DNA of 64,000 bases, from the NCBI GenBank assembly GCA_040954595.2, contig CM082591.2, positions 6,516,695-6,580,694 of the forward strand. The letters run 5' to 3'. Position 1 is the stretch's first letter. Every line of letters begins with the position of its first letter. The translations under genes were made by a program, and so were the position numbers. Below the pieces are notes generated by a model. The model saw only the letters and a program-made list of their open reading frames with translations, was not told the DNA's origin and made no database searches. Origin of the DNA: Balanoglossus misakiensis (Eukaryota; Animalia; Hemichordata). Shown here in pieces: positions 1-15,000 of the stretch.

Positions 1-3000
1 AATTTGGGGGGGGGGTCATTTTTTGATAAAAACCATGGGTTATAGCCCATGAAAATCATCCAGAATCGACGATTTTTCGACTTTGCGAATTATGAAAATT
101 TGGTCATTTTTTGATAAAAACCATGGGTTATAGCCCATGAAAATCATCCAGAATCGACGATTTTTCGACTTTGCGAATTATGAAAATTTGGTCATTTTTT
201 GAAATTTGGTCATTTTTGATAAAAACCATGGGTTATAGCCCATGAAAATCATCAGATTTTCTACGATTTTTTCGACTTTGCGAATTATGAAAATTTGGTC
301 ATTTTTTGATAAAAACCATGGTTATAGCCCATGAAAATCATCCAGAATCGACGATTTTTCGACTTTGCGAATTATGAAAATTTGGTCATTTTTTGATAAA
401 AACCATGGGTTATAGCCCATGAAAATCATCCAGAATCGACGATTTTTCGACTTTGCGAATTATGAAAATTTGGTCATTTTTTGATAAAAACCATGGGTTA
501 TCATGAAATCATCCAGAATCGACGATTTTTCGACTTTGCGAATTATGAAAATTTGGTCATTTTTTGATAAAAACCATGGGTTATAGCCCATGAAAATCAT
601 CCAGAATCGCGATTTTTCGACTTTGCGAATTATGAAAATTTGGTCATTTTTTGATAAAAACCATGGGTTATAGCCCATGAAAATCATCCAGAATCGACGA
701 TTTTTCGACTTTGCGAATTATGAAAATTTGGTCTTTTTTTGATAAAAACCATGGTTATAGCCCATGAAAATCATCCAGAATCGACGATTTTTCGACTTTG
801 CGAATTATGAAAATTTGGTCATTTTTTGATAAAAACCATGGGTTATAGCCCATGAAAATCATCCAGAATCGACGATTTTTCGACTTTGCGAATTATGAAA
901 ATTTGGTCATTTTTTGATAAAAACCATGGGTTATAGCCCATGAAAATCATCCAGAATCGACGATTTTTCGACTTTGCGAATTATGAAAATTTGGTCATTT
1001 TTTGATAAAAACCATGGGTTATAGCCCATGAAAATCATCCCAGAATCGACGATTTTTCGACTTTGCGAATTATGAAAATTTGGTCATTTTTTGATAAAAA
1101 CCATGGGTTATAGCCCATGAAAATCATCCAGAATCGACGATTTTTCGACTTTGCGAATTATGAAAATTTGGGTCATTTTTTGATAAAAACCATGGGTTAT
1201 AGCCCATGAAAATCATCCAGAATCGACGATTTTTCGACTTTGCGAATTATGAAAATTTGGTCATTTTTTGATAAAAACCATGGGTTATAGCCCATGAAAA
1301 TCATCCAGAATCGACGATTTTTCGACTTTGCGAATTATGAAAATTTGGTCATTTTTTGATAAAAACCATGGGTTATAGCCCATGAAAATCATCCAGAATC
1401 GACGATTTTTCGACTTTGCGAATTATGAAATTTGGTCATTTTTTGATAAAAACCATGGGTTATAGCCCATGAAAATCATCCAGAATCGACGATTTTTCGA
1501 CTTTGCGAATTATGAAAATTTGGTCATTTTTTGATAAAAACCATGGGTTATAGCCCATGAAAATCATCCAGAATCGACGATTTTTCGACTTGCGAATTAT
1601 GAAAATTTGGGTCATTTTTTGATAAAATCCATGGGTTATAGCCCATGAAAATCATCCAGAATCGACGATTTTTCGACTTTGCGAATTATGAAAATTTGGT
1701 CATTTTTTGATAAAATCCATGGGTTATAGCCCATGAAAATCATCCAGAATCGACGATTTTTCGACTTTGCGAATTATGAAAATTTGGTCATTTTTTGATA
1801 AAAACCATGGGTTATAAGCCCATGAAAATCATCCAGAATCGACGATTTTCGACTTTGCGAATTATGAAAATTTTTGTCATTTTTTGATAAAAACCATGGG
1901 TTATAGCCCATGAAAATCATCCAGAATCGACGATTTTTCGACTTTGCGAATTATGAAAATTTGGTCATTTTTTGATAAAAACCATGGGTTTAGCATGATC
2001 ATCCAGAATCGACGATTTTTCGACTTTGCGAATTATGAAAATTTGGTCATTTTTTGATAAAAACCATGGGTTATAGCCCATGAAAATCATCAGAATCGAC
2101 GATTTTTCGACTTTGCGAATTATGAAAATTTGGTCTTTTTTTGATAAAAACCATGGGTTATAGCCCATGAAAATCATCCAGAATCGACGATTTTTCGACT
2201 TTGCGAATTATGAAAATTTGGTCATTTTTTGATAAAAACCATGGGTTATAGCCCATGAAAATCATCCAGAATCGACGATTTTTCGACTTTGCGAATTATG
2301 AAAATTTGGTCATTTTTTTGATAAAAACCATGGGTTATAGCCCATGAAAATCATCCAGAATCGACGATTTTTCGACTTTGCGAATTATGAAAATTTGGTC
2401 ATTTTTTGATAAAAACCATGGGTTATAGCCCATGAAAATCATCCAGAATCGACGATTTTTCGACTTTGCGAATTATGAAAATTTGGTCATTTTTTGATAA
2501 AAACCATGGTTATAGCCCATGAAAATCATCCAGAATCGACGATTTTTCGACTTTGCGAATTATGAAATTTGGTCATTTTTTGATAAAAACCATGGGTTAT
2601 AGCCCATGAAAATCATCCAGAATCGACGATTTTTCGACTTTGCGAATTATGAAAATTTGGTCATTTTTTGATAAAAACCATGGGTTATAGCCCATGAAAT
2701 CATCCAGAATCGACGATTTTTCGACTTTGCGAATTATGAAAATTTGGTCATTTTTTGATAAAAACCATGGGTTATAGCCCATGAAAATCATCCAGAATCG
2801 ACGATTTTTCGACTTTGCGAATTATGAAAATTTGGTCATTTTTTGATAAAAACCATGGGTTATAGCCCATGAAAATCATCCAGAATCGACGATTTTTCGA
2901 CTTTGCGAATTATGAAAATTTGGTCATTTTTTGATAAAAACATGGGTTATAGCCCATGAAAATCATCCAGAATCGACGATTTTTCGACTTTGCGAATTAT

Positions 3001-6000
3001 GAAAATTTGGTCATTTTTTGATAAAAACCATGGGTTATAGCCCATGAAAATCATCCAGAATCGACGATTTTTCGACTTTGCGAATTATGAAAATTTGGTC
3101 ATTTTTTGATAAAAACCATGGGTTATAGCCCATGAAAATCATCCAGAATCGACGATTTTTCGACTTTGCGAATTATGAAAATTTGGTCATTTTTTGATAA
3201 AAACCATGGGTTATAGCCCATGAAAATCATCCAGAATCGACGATTTTTCGACTTTGCGAATTATGAAAATTTGGTCATTTTTTGATAAAAACCATGGGTT
3301 ATAGCCCATGAAAATCATCCAGAATCGACGATTTTTCGACTTTGCGAACTTATGAAAATTTGGTCATTTTTTGATAAAAACCATGGGTTATAGCCCATGA
3401 AAATCATCCAGAATCGACGATTTTTCGACTTTGCGAATTATGAAAATTTGGTCATTTTTTGATAAAAACCATGGGTTATAGCCCATGAAATCATCCAGAA
3501 TCGACGATTTTTCGACTTTGCGAATTATGAAAATTTGGTCATTTTTTGATAAAAACCATGGGTTATAGCCCATGAAAATCATCCAGAATCGACGATTTTT
3601 CGACTTTGCGAATTATGAAAATTTGGTCATTTTTTGATAAAAACCATGGGTTATAGCCCATGAAAATCATCCAGAATCGACGATTTTTCGACTTTGCGAA
3701 TTATGAAAATTTGGTCATTTTTTTGATAAAAACCATGGTTATAGCCCATGAAAATCGTCCAGAATCGACGATTTTTCTACTTTGCGAATTATGAAAATTT
3801 GGTCATTTTTTGATAAAAACCATGGGTTATAGCCCATGAAAATCATCCAGAATCGACGATTTTTCTACTTTGCGAATTATGAAAATTTGGTCATTTTTTG
3901 ATAAAAACCATGGGTTATAGCCCATGAAAATCATCCAGAATCGACGATTTTTCGACTTTGCGAATTATGAAAATTTGGTCATTTTTTGATAAAAACCATG
4001 GGTTATAGCCCATGAAATTCATCCTGAATCGACGATTTTTCGACTTTGCGAATTATGAAAATTTGGTCATTTTTTGATAAAAACCATGGGTTATAGCCCA
4101 TGAAAATCATCCAGAATCGACGATTTTTCGACTTTGCGAATTATGAAAATTTGGTCATTTTTTGATAAAAACCATGGGTTATAGCCCATGAAAATCATCC
4201 AGAATCGACGATTTTTCGACTTTGCGAATTATGAAAATTTGGTCATTTTTTGATAAAAACCTTGGGTTATAGCCCATGAAAATCATCCAGAATCGACGAT
4301 TTTTCGACTTTGCGAATTATGAAAATTTGGTCATTTTTTGATAAAAACCATGGGTTATAGCCCATGAAAATCATCCAGAATCGACGATTTTTCGACTTTG
4401 CGAATTATGAAAATTTGGTCATTTTTTGATAAAAACCATGGGTTATAGCCCATGAAAATCATCCAGAATCGACGATTTTTCGACTTTGCGAATTATGAAA
4501 ATTTGGTGATTTTTTGATAAAAACCATGGGTTATAGTCCATGAAAATCATCCAGAATCGACGATTTTTCGACTTTGCGAATTATGAAAATTTGGTCATTT
4601 TTTGATAAAAACCATGGGTTATAGCCCATGAAAATCATCAGAATCGACGATTTTTCGACTTTGCGAATTATGAAAATTTGGTGATTTTTTGATAAAAACC
4701 ATGGGTTATAGCCCATGAAAATCATCCAGAATCGACGATTTTTCGACTTTGCGAATTATGAAAATTTGGTGATTTTTTGATAAAAACCATGGGTTATAGC
4801 CCATGAAAATCATCCAGAATCGACGATTTTTCGACTTTGCGAATTATGAAAATTTGGTCATTTTTTGATAAAACCCATGGGTTATAGCCCATGAAAATCA
4901 TCCAGAATCGACGATTTTTCGACTTTGCGAATTATGAAAATTTGGTCATTTTTTGATAAAAATCCATGGGTTATAGCCCATGAAAATCATCCAGAATCGA
5001 CGATTTTTCGACTTTGCGAATTATGAAAATTTGGTCATTTTTTGATAAAAACCATGGGTTATAGCCCATGAAAATCATCCAGAATCGACGATTTTTCGAC
5101 TTTGCGAATTATGAAAATTTGGTCATTTTTTGATAAAATCCATGGGTTATAGCCCATGAAAATCATCCAGAATCGACGATTTTTCGACTTTGCGAATTAT
5201 GAAAATTTGGTCATTTTTTGATAAAATCCATGGGTTATAGCCCATGAAAATCATCCAGAATCGACGATTTTTCGACTTTGCGAATTATGAAAATTTGGTC
5301 ATTTTTTGATAAAATCCATGGGTTATAGCCCATGAAAATCATCCAGAATCGACGATTTTTCGACTTTGCGAATTATGAAAATTTGGTCAATTTTTTGATA
5401 AAAAACCATGGGTTATAGCCCATGAAAATCATCCAGAATCGACGATTTTTCGACTTTGCGAATTATGAAAATTTGGTCATTTTTTGATAAAATCCATTGG
5501 TTATAGCCCATGAAAATCATCCAGAATCGACGATTTTTCGACTTTGCGAATTATGAAAATTTGGTCATTTTTTGATAAAAACCATGGGTTATAGCCCATG
5601 AAAATCATCCAGAATCGACGATTTTTCGACTTTGCGAATTATGAAAATTTGGTCATTTTTTGATAAAAACCATGGGTTATAGCCCATGAAAATCATCCAG
5701 AATCGACGATTTTTCGACTTTGCGAATTATGAAAATTTGGTCATTTTTTGATAAAAACCATGGGTTATAGCCCATGAAAATCATCCAGAATCGACGATTT
5801 TTCGACTTTGCGAATTATGAAAATTTGGTCATTTTTTGATAAAAACCATGGGTTATAGCCCATGAAAATCATCCAGAATCGACGATTTTTCGACTTTGCG
5901 AATTATGAAAATTTGGTGATTTTTTGATAAAAACCATGGGTTATAGCCCATGAAAATCATCCAGAATCGACGATTTTTCGACTTTGCGAATTATGAAAAT

Positions 6001-9000
6001 TTGGTCATTTTTTGATAAAAACCATGGGTTATAGCCCATGAAAATCATCCAGAATCGACGATTTTTCGACTTTGCGAATTATGAAAATTTGGTCATTTTT
6101 TGATAAAAACCATGGGTTATAGCCCATGAAAATCATCCAGAATCGACGATTTTTCGACTTTGCGAATTATGAAAATTTTGGTCATTTTTGATAAAAACCA
6201 TGGGTTATAGCCCATGAAAATCATCCAGAATCGACGATTTTTCGACTTTGCGAATTATGAAAATTTGGTCATTTTTTGATAAAAACCATGGGTTATAGCC
6301 CATGAAAATCATCCAGAATCGACGATTTTCGACTTTGCGAATTATGAAAATTTGGTCATTTTTTGATAAAAACCATGGGTTATAGCCCATGAAAATCATC
6401 CAGAATCGACGATTTTTCGACTTTGCGAATTATGAAAATTTGGTCATTTTTGATAAAAACCATGGGTTATAGCCCATGAAAATCATCCAGAATCGACGAT
6501 TTTTCGACTTTGCGAATTATGAAAATTTGGTCATTTTTTGATAAAACCATGATTTATAGCCCATGAAAATCATCCAGAATCGACGATTTTTCGACTTTGC
6601 GAATTATTGAAAATTTGGTCATTTTTTGATAAAAACCATGGGTTATAGCCCATGAAAATCATCAGAATCGACGATTTTTCGACTTTGCGAATTATGAAAA
6701 TTTGGTCATTTTTTGATAAAAACCATGGGTTATAGCCCATGAAAATCATCCAGAATCGACGATTTTTCGACTTTGCGAAATTATGAAATTTGGTCATTTT
6801 TTGATAAAATCCATGGGTTATAGCCCATGAAAATCATCCAGAATCGACGATTTTTCGACTTTGCGAATTATGAAAATTTGGTCATTTTTTGATAAAATCC
6901 ATGGGTTATAGCCCATGAAAATCATCCAGAACCGACGATTTTTTGACTTTGCGAATTATGAAAATTTGGTCATTTTTTGATAAAATCCATGGGTTATAGC
7001 CATGAAAATTTGGTCATTTTTTGATAAAAACCATGGGTTATAGCCCATGAAAATCATCCAGAATCGACGATTTTTCGACTTTGCGAATTATGAAAATTTG
7101 GTCATTTTTTGATAAAAACCTTGGGTTATAGCCCATGAAAATCATCAGAATCGACGATTTTTCGACTTTGCGAATTATGAAATTTGGGTGATTTTTTTGA
7201 TAAAAACCATGGGTTATAGCCCATGAAAATCATCCAGAATCGACGATTTTTCGACTTGCGAATTATGAAAATTTGGTGATTTTTTGATAAAAACCATGGG
7301 TTATAGCCCATGAAAATCATCCAGAATCGACGATTTTTCGACTTTGCGAATTATGAAAATTTGGTCATTTTTTGATAAAAACCATGGGTTATAGCCCATG
7401 AAAATCATCCAGAATCGACGATTTTTCGACTTTGCGAATTATGAAAATTTGGTCATTTTTTGATAAAAACCATGGGTTATAGCCCATGAAAATCATCCAG
7501 AATCGACGATTTTTCGACTTTGCGAATTATGAAAATTTGGTCATTTTTTGATAAAAACCATGGGTTATAGCCCATGAAAATCATCCAGAATCGACGATTT
7601 TTCGACTTTGCGAATTATGAAAATTTGGTCATTTTTTGATAAAAACCATGGGTTATAGCCCATGAAAATCATCCAGAATCGACGATTTTTCGACTTTGCG
7701 AATTATGAAAATTTGGTCATTTTTTGATAAAAACCATGGGTTATAGCCCATGAAATCATCCAGAATCGACGATTTTTCGACTTTGCGAATTATGAAAATT
7801 TGGTCATTTTTTGATAAAAACCATGGGTTATAGCCCATGAAAATCATCCAGAATCGACGATTTTTTCGACTTTGCGAATTATGAAAATTTGTCATTTTTT
7901 GATAAAAACCATGATTTATAGCCCATGAAAATCATCCAGAATCGACGATTTTTCGACTTTGCGAATTATGAAAATTTGGTCATTTTTGATAAAAACCATG
8001 GGTTATAGCCCATGAAAATCATCCAGAATCGACGATTTTTCGACTTTGCGAATTATGAAAATTTGGTCATTTTTTGATAAAAACCATGGGTTATAGCCCA
8101 TGAAAATCATCCAGAATCGACGATTTTTCGACTTTGCGAATTATGAAAATTTGGTCATTTTTTGATAAAATCCATGGGTTATAGCCCATGAAAATCATCC
8201 AGAATCGACGATTTTTCGACTTTGCGAATTATGAAAATTTGGTCATTTTTTGATAAAATCCATGGGTTATAGCCCATGAAAATCATCCAGAATCGACGAT
8301 TTTTTGACTTTGCGAATTATGAAAATTTGGTCATTTTTTGATAAAATCCATGGGTTATAGCCCATGAAAATTTGGTCATTTTTTGATAAAAACCATGGGT
8401 TATAGCCCATGAAAATCATCCAGAATCGACGATTTTTCGACTTTGCGAATTATGAAAATTTGGTCATTTTTTGATAAAAACCATGGGTTATAGCCCATGA
8501 AAATCATCCAGAATCGACGATTTTTCGACTTTGCGAATTATGAAAATTTGGTCATTTTTTGATAAAATCCATGGGTTATAGCCCATGAAAATCATCCAGA
8601 ATCGACGATTTTTCGACTTTGCGAATTATGAAAATTTGGTCATTTTTTGATAAAAACCTTGGGTTATAGCCCATGAAAATCATCCAGAATCGACGATTTT
8701 TCGACTTTGCGAATTATGAAAATTTGGTGATTTTTTGATAAAAACCATGGGTTATAGCCCATGAAAATCATCCAGAATCGACGATTTTTCGACTTTGCGA
8801 ATTATGAAAATTTGGTGATTTTTTGATAAAAACCATGGGTTATAGCCCATGAAAATCATCCAGAATCGACGATTTTTCGACTTTGCGAATTATGAAAATT
8901 TGGTGATTTTTTGATAAAAACCATGGGTTATAGCCCATGAAAATCATCCAGAATCGACGATTTTTCGACTTTGCGAATTATGAAAATTTGGTCATTTTTT

Positions 9001-12000
9001 GATAAAAACCATGGGTTATAGCCCATGAAAATCATCCAGAATCGACGATTTTTCGACTTTGCGAATTATGAAAATTTGGTCATTTTTTGATAAAAACCAT
9101 GGGTTATAGCCCATGAAAATCATCCAGAATCGACGATTTTTCGACTTTGCGAATTATGAAAATTTGGTCATTTTTTGATAAAATCCATGGGTTATAGCCC
9201 ATGAAAATCATCCAGAATCGACGATTTTTCGACTTTGCGAATTATGAAAATTTGGTCATTTTTTGATAAAAACCATGGGTTATAGCCCATGAAAATCATC
9301 CAGAATCGACGATTTTTCGACTTTGCGAATTATGAAAATTTGGTCATTTTTTGATAAAAACCATGGGTTATAGCCCATGAAAATCATCCAGAATCGACGA
9401 TTTTTCGACTTTGCGAATTATGAAAATTTGGTCATTTTTTGATAAAATCCATGGGTTATAGCCCATGAAAATTTGGTCATTTTTTGATAAAAACCATGGG
9501 TTGTAGCCCATGAAAATCATCCAGAATCGACGATTTTTCGACTTTGCCAATTATGAAAATTTGGTCATTTTTTGATAAAAACCATGGGTTATAGCCCATG
9601 AAAATCATCCAGAATCGACGATTTTTCGACTTTGCGAATTATGAAAATTTGGTCATTTTTTGATAAAAACCATGGGTTATAGCCCATGAAAATCATCCAG
9701 AATCGACGATTTTTCGACTTTGCGAATTATGAAAATTTGGTCATTTTTTGATAAAATCCATGGGTTATAGCCCATGAAAATCATCCAGAATCGACGATTT
9801 TTCGACTTTGCGAATTATGAAAATTTGGTCATTTTTTGATAAAAACCTTGGGTTATAGCCCATGAAAATCATCCAGAATCGACGATTTTTCGACTTTGCG
9901 AATTATGAAAATTTGGTCATTTTTTGATAAAAACCATGGGTTATAGCCCATGAAAATCATCCAGAATCGACGATTTTTCGACTTTGCGAATTATGAAAAT
10001 TTGGTCATTTTTTGATAAAAACCATGGGTTATAGCCCATGAAAATCATCCAGAATCGACGATTTTTCGACTTTGCGAATTATGAAAATTTGGTCATTTTT
10101 TGATAAAAACCATGGGTTATAGACCATGAAAATCATCCAGAATCGACGATTTTTCGACTTTGCGAATTTTGAAAATTTGGTCATTTTTTGATAAAAACCA
10201 TGGATTATAGCCCATGAAAATCATCCAGAATCGACGATTTTTCGACTTTGCGAATTATGAAAATTTGGTCATTTTTTGATAAAATCCATGGGTTATAGCC
10301 CATGAAAATCATCCAGAATCGACGATTTTTCGACTTTGCGAATTATGAAAATTTGGTCATTTTTTGATAAAATCCATGGGTTATAGCCCATGAAAATCAT
10401 CCAGAATCGACGATTTTTCGACTTTGCGAATTATGAAAATTTGGTCATTTTTTGATAAAAACCATGGGTTATAGCCCATGAAAATCATCCAGAATCGACA
10501 ATTTTTCGACTTTGCGAATTATGAAAATTTGGTCATTTTTTGATAAAAACCATGGGTTATAGCCCATGAAAATCATCCAGAATCGACGATTTTTCGACTT
10601 TGCGAATTATGAAAATTTGGTCATTTTTTGATAAAATCCATGGGTTATAGCCCATGAAAATCATCCAGAATCGACGATTTTTCGACTTTGCGAATTATGA
10701 AAATTTGGTCATTTTTTGATAAAAACCATGGGTTATAGCCCATGAAAATCATCCAGAATCGACGATTTTTCGACTTTGCGAATTATGAAAATTTGGTCAT
10801 TTTTTGATAAAAACCATGGGTTATAGCCCATGAAAATCATCCAGAATCGACGATTTTTCGACTTTGCGAATTATGAAAATTTGGTCATTTTTTGATAAAA
10901 ACCATGGGTTATAGCCCATGAAAATCATCCAGAATCGGCGATTTTTCGACTTTGCGAATTATGAAAATTTTGTTATTTTTTGATAAAAACCATGGGTTAT
11001 AGCCCATGAAAATCATCCAGAATCGGCGATTTTTCGACTTTGCGAATTATGAAAATTTGGTCATTTTTTGATAAAAACCATGGGTTATAGCCCATGAAAA
11101 TCATCCAGAATCGACGATTTTTCGACTTTGCGAATTATGAAAATTTGGTCATTTTTTGATAAAAACCATGGGTTATAGCCCATGAAAATCATCCAGAATC
11201 GACGATTTTTCGACTTTGCGAATTATGAAAATTTGGTCATTTTTTGATAAAATCCATGGGTTATAGCCCATGAAAATCATCCAGAATCGACGATTTTTCG
11301 ACTTTGCGAATTATGAAAATTTGGTCATTTTTTGATAAAATCCATGGGTTATAGCCCATGAAAATCATCCAGAATCGACGATTTTTCGACTTTGCGAATT
11401 ATGAAAATTTGGTCATTTTTTGATAAAAACCATGGGTTATAGCCCATGAAAATCATCCAGAATCGACGATTTTTCGACTTTGCGAATTATGAAAATTTGG
11501 TCATTTTTTGATAAAAAACATGGGTTATAGCCCATGAAAATCATCCAGAATCGACGATTTTTCGACTTTGCGAATTATGAAAATTTGGTCATTTTTTGAT
11601 AAAAACCATGGGTTATAGCCCATGAAAATCATCCAGAATCGACGATTTTTCGACTTTGCGAATTATGAAAATTTGGTCATTTTTTGATAAAAACCATGGG
11701 TTATAGCCCATGAAAATCATCCAGAATCGACGATTTTTCGACTTTGCGAATTATGAAAATTTGGTCATTTTTTGATAAAAACCATGGGTTATAGCCCATG
11801 AAAATCATCCAGAATCGACGATTTTTCGACTTTGCGAATTATGAAAATTTGGTGATTTTTTGATACAAACCATGGGTTATAGCCCATGAAAATCATCCAG
11901 AATCGACGATTTTTCGACTTTGCGAATTATGAAAATTTGGTCATTTTTTGATAAAAACCATGGGTTATAGCCCATGAAAATCATCCAGAATCGACGATTT

Positions 12001-15000
12001 TTCGACTTTGCGAATTATGAAAATTTGGTCATTTTTTAATAAAAACCATGGGTTATAGCCCATGAAAAACATCCAGAATCGACGATTTTTCGACTTTGCG
12101 AATTATGAAAATTTGGTCATTTTTTGATAGAAACTATGGGTTATAGCCCATGAAAATCATCCAGAATCGACGATTTTTCGACTTTGCGAATTATGAAAAT
12201 TTGGTCTTTTTTTGATAAAAACCATGGGTTATAGCCCATGAAAATCATCCAGAATCGGCGATTTTTCGACTTTGCGAATTATGAAAATTTGGTCATTTTT
12301 TGATAAAAACCATGGGTTATAGCCCATGAAAATCATCCAGAATCGGCGGTTTTTCGACTTTGCGAATTATGAAAATTTGGTCATTTTTTGATAAAAACCA
12401 TGGGTTATAGCCCATGAAAATCATCCAGAATCGACGATTTTTCGACTTTGCGAATAATGAAAATTTGGTCATTTTTTGATAAAAACCATGGGTTATAGCC
12501 CATGAAAATCATCCAGAATCGACGATTTTTCGACTTTGCGAATTATGAAAATTTGGTCATTTTTTGATAAAATCCATGGGTTATAGCCCATGAAAATCAT
12601 CCAGAATCGACGATTTTTCGACTTTGCGAATTATGAAAATTTGGTCATTTTTTGATAAAATCCATGGGTTATAGCCCATGAAAATCATCCAGAATCGACG
12701 ATTTTTCGACTTTGCGAATTATGAAAATTTGGTCATTTTTTGATAAAAACCATGGGTTATAGCCCCTGAAAATCATCCAGAATCGACGATTTTTCGACTT
12801 TGCGAATTATGAAAATTTGGTCATTTTTTGATAAAAAACATGGGTTATAGCCCATGAAAATCATCCAGAATCGACGATTTTTCGACTTTGCGAATTATGA
12901 AAATTTGGTCATTTTTTGATAAAAACCATGGGTTATAGCCCATGAAAATCATCCAGAATCGACGATTTTTCGACTTTGCGAATTATGAAAATTTGGTCAT
13001 TTTTTGATAAAAACCATGGGTTATAGCCCATGAAAATCATCCAGAATCGACGATTTTTCGACTTTGCGAATTATGAAAATTTGGTGATTTTTTGATACAA
13101 ACCATGGGTTATAGCCCATGAAAATCATCCAGAATCGACGATTTTTCGACTTTGCGAATTATGAAAATTTGGTCATTTTTTGATAAAAACCATGGGTTAT
13201 AGCCCATGAAAATCATCCAGAATCGACGATTTTTCGACTTTGCGAATTATGAAAATTTGGTCATTTTTTAATAAAAACCATGGGTTATAGCCCATGAAAA
13301 TCATCCAGAATCGACGATTTTTCGACTTTGCGAATTATGAAAATTTGGTCATTTTTTGATAGAAACTATGGGTTATAGCCCATGAAAATCATCCAGAATC
13401 GACGATTTTTCGACTTTGCGAATTATGAAAATTTGGTCTTTTTTTGATAAAATCCATGGGTTATAGCCCATGAAAATCATCCAGAATCGACGATTTTTCG
13501 ACTTTGCGAATTATGAAAATTTGGTCTTTTTTTGATAAAATCCATGGGTTATAGCCCATGAAAATCATCCAGAATCGACGATTTTTCGACTTTGCGAATT
13601 ATGAAAATTTGGTCTTTTTTTGATAAAATCCATGGGTTATAGCCCATGAAAATCATCCAGAATCGACGATTTTTCGACTTTGCGAATTATGAAAATTTGG
13701 TCATTTTTTGATAAAAACCATGGGTTATAGCCCATGAAAATCATCCAGAATCGACGATTTTTCGACTTTGCGAATTATGAAAATTTGGTCATTTTTTGAT
13801 AAAAACCATGGGTTATAGCCCATGAAAATCATCCAGAATCGACGATTTTTCGACTTTGCGAATTATGAAAATTTGGTCATTTTTTGATAAAAACCATGGG
13901 TTATAGCCCATGAAAATCATCCAGAATCGACGATTTTTCGACTTTGCGAATTATGAAAATTTGGTCATTTTTTGATAAAAACCATGGGTTATAGCCCATG
14001 AAAATCATCCAGAATCGACGATTTTTCGACTTTGCGAATTATGAAAATTTGGTCATTTTTTGATAAAAACCATGGGTTATAGCCCATGAAAATCATCCAG
14101 AATCGACGATTTTTCGACTTTGCGAATTATGAAAATTTGGTCATTTTTTGATAAAAACCATGGGTTATAGCCCATGAAAATCATCCAGAATCGACGATTT
14201 TTCGACTTTGCGAATTATGAAAATTTGGTCATTTTTTGATAAAAACCATGGGTTATAGCCCATGAAAATCATCCAGAATCGACGATTTTTCGACTTTGCG
14301 AATTATGAAAATTTGGTCATTTTTTGATAAAAACCATGGGTTATAGCCCATGAAAATCATCCAGAATCGACGATTTTTCGACTTTGCGAATTATGAAAAT
14401 TTGGTCATTTTTTGATAAAAACCATGGGTTATAGCCCGTGAAAATCATCCAGAATCGACGATTTTTCGACTTTGCGAATTATGAAAATTTGGTCATTTTT
14501 TGATAAAATCCATGGGTTATAGCCCATGAAAATCATCCAGAATCGACGATTTTTCGACTTTGCGAATTATGAAAATTTTGTCATTTTTTGATAAAAACCA
14601 TGGGTTATAGCCCATGAAAATCATCCAGAATCGACGATTTTTCGACTTTGCGAATTATGAAAATTTGGTCATTTTTTGATAAAAACCATGGGTTATAGCC
14701 CATGAAAATCATCCAGAATCGACGATTTTTCGACTTTGCGAATTATGAAAATTTGGTCATTTTTTGATAAAAACCATGGGTTATAGCCCATGAAAATCAT
14801 CCAGAATCGACGATTTTTCGACTTTGCGAATTATGAAAATTTGGTCATTTTTTGATAAAAACCATGGGTTATAGCCCATGAAAATCATCCAGAATCGACG
14901 ATTTTTCGACTTTGCGAATTATGAAAATTTGGTCATTTTTTGATAAAAACCATGGGTTATAGCCCATGAAAATCATCCAGAATCGACGATTTTTCGACTT

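Noticed and set aside
75-92. CENP-B box in the satellite (TTCGACTTTGCGAA)
   Set aside because: The spacing and the CGGG end do not fit NTTCGNNNNANNCGGGN.
1-8000. Gradient of single-base indels and the initial poly-G as a biological decay signal
   Set aside because: The changes are mostly homopolymer length differences concentrated toward the window start, typical of low-coverage long-read consensus error near a contig end.
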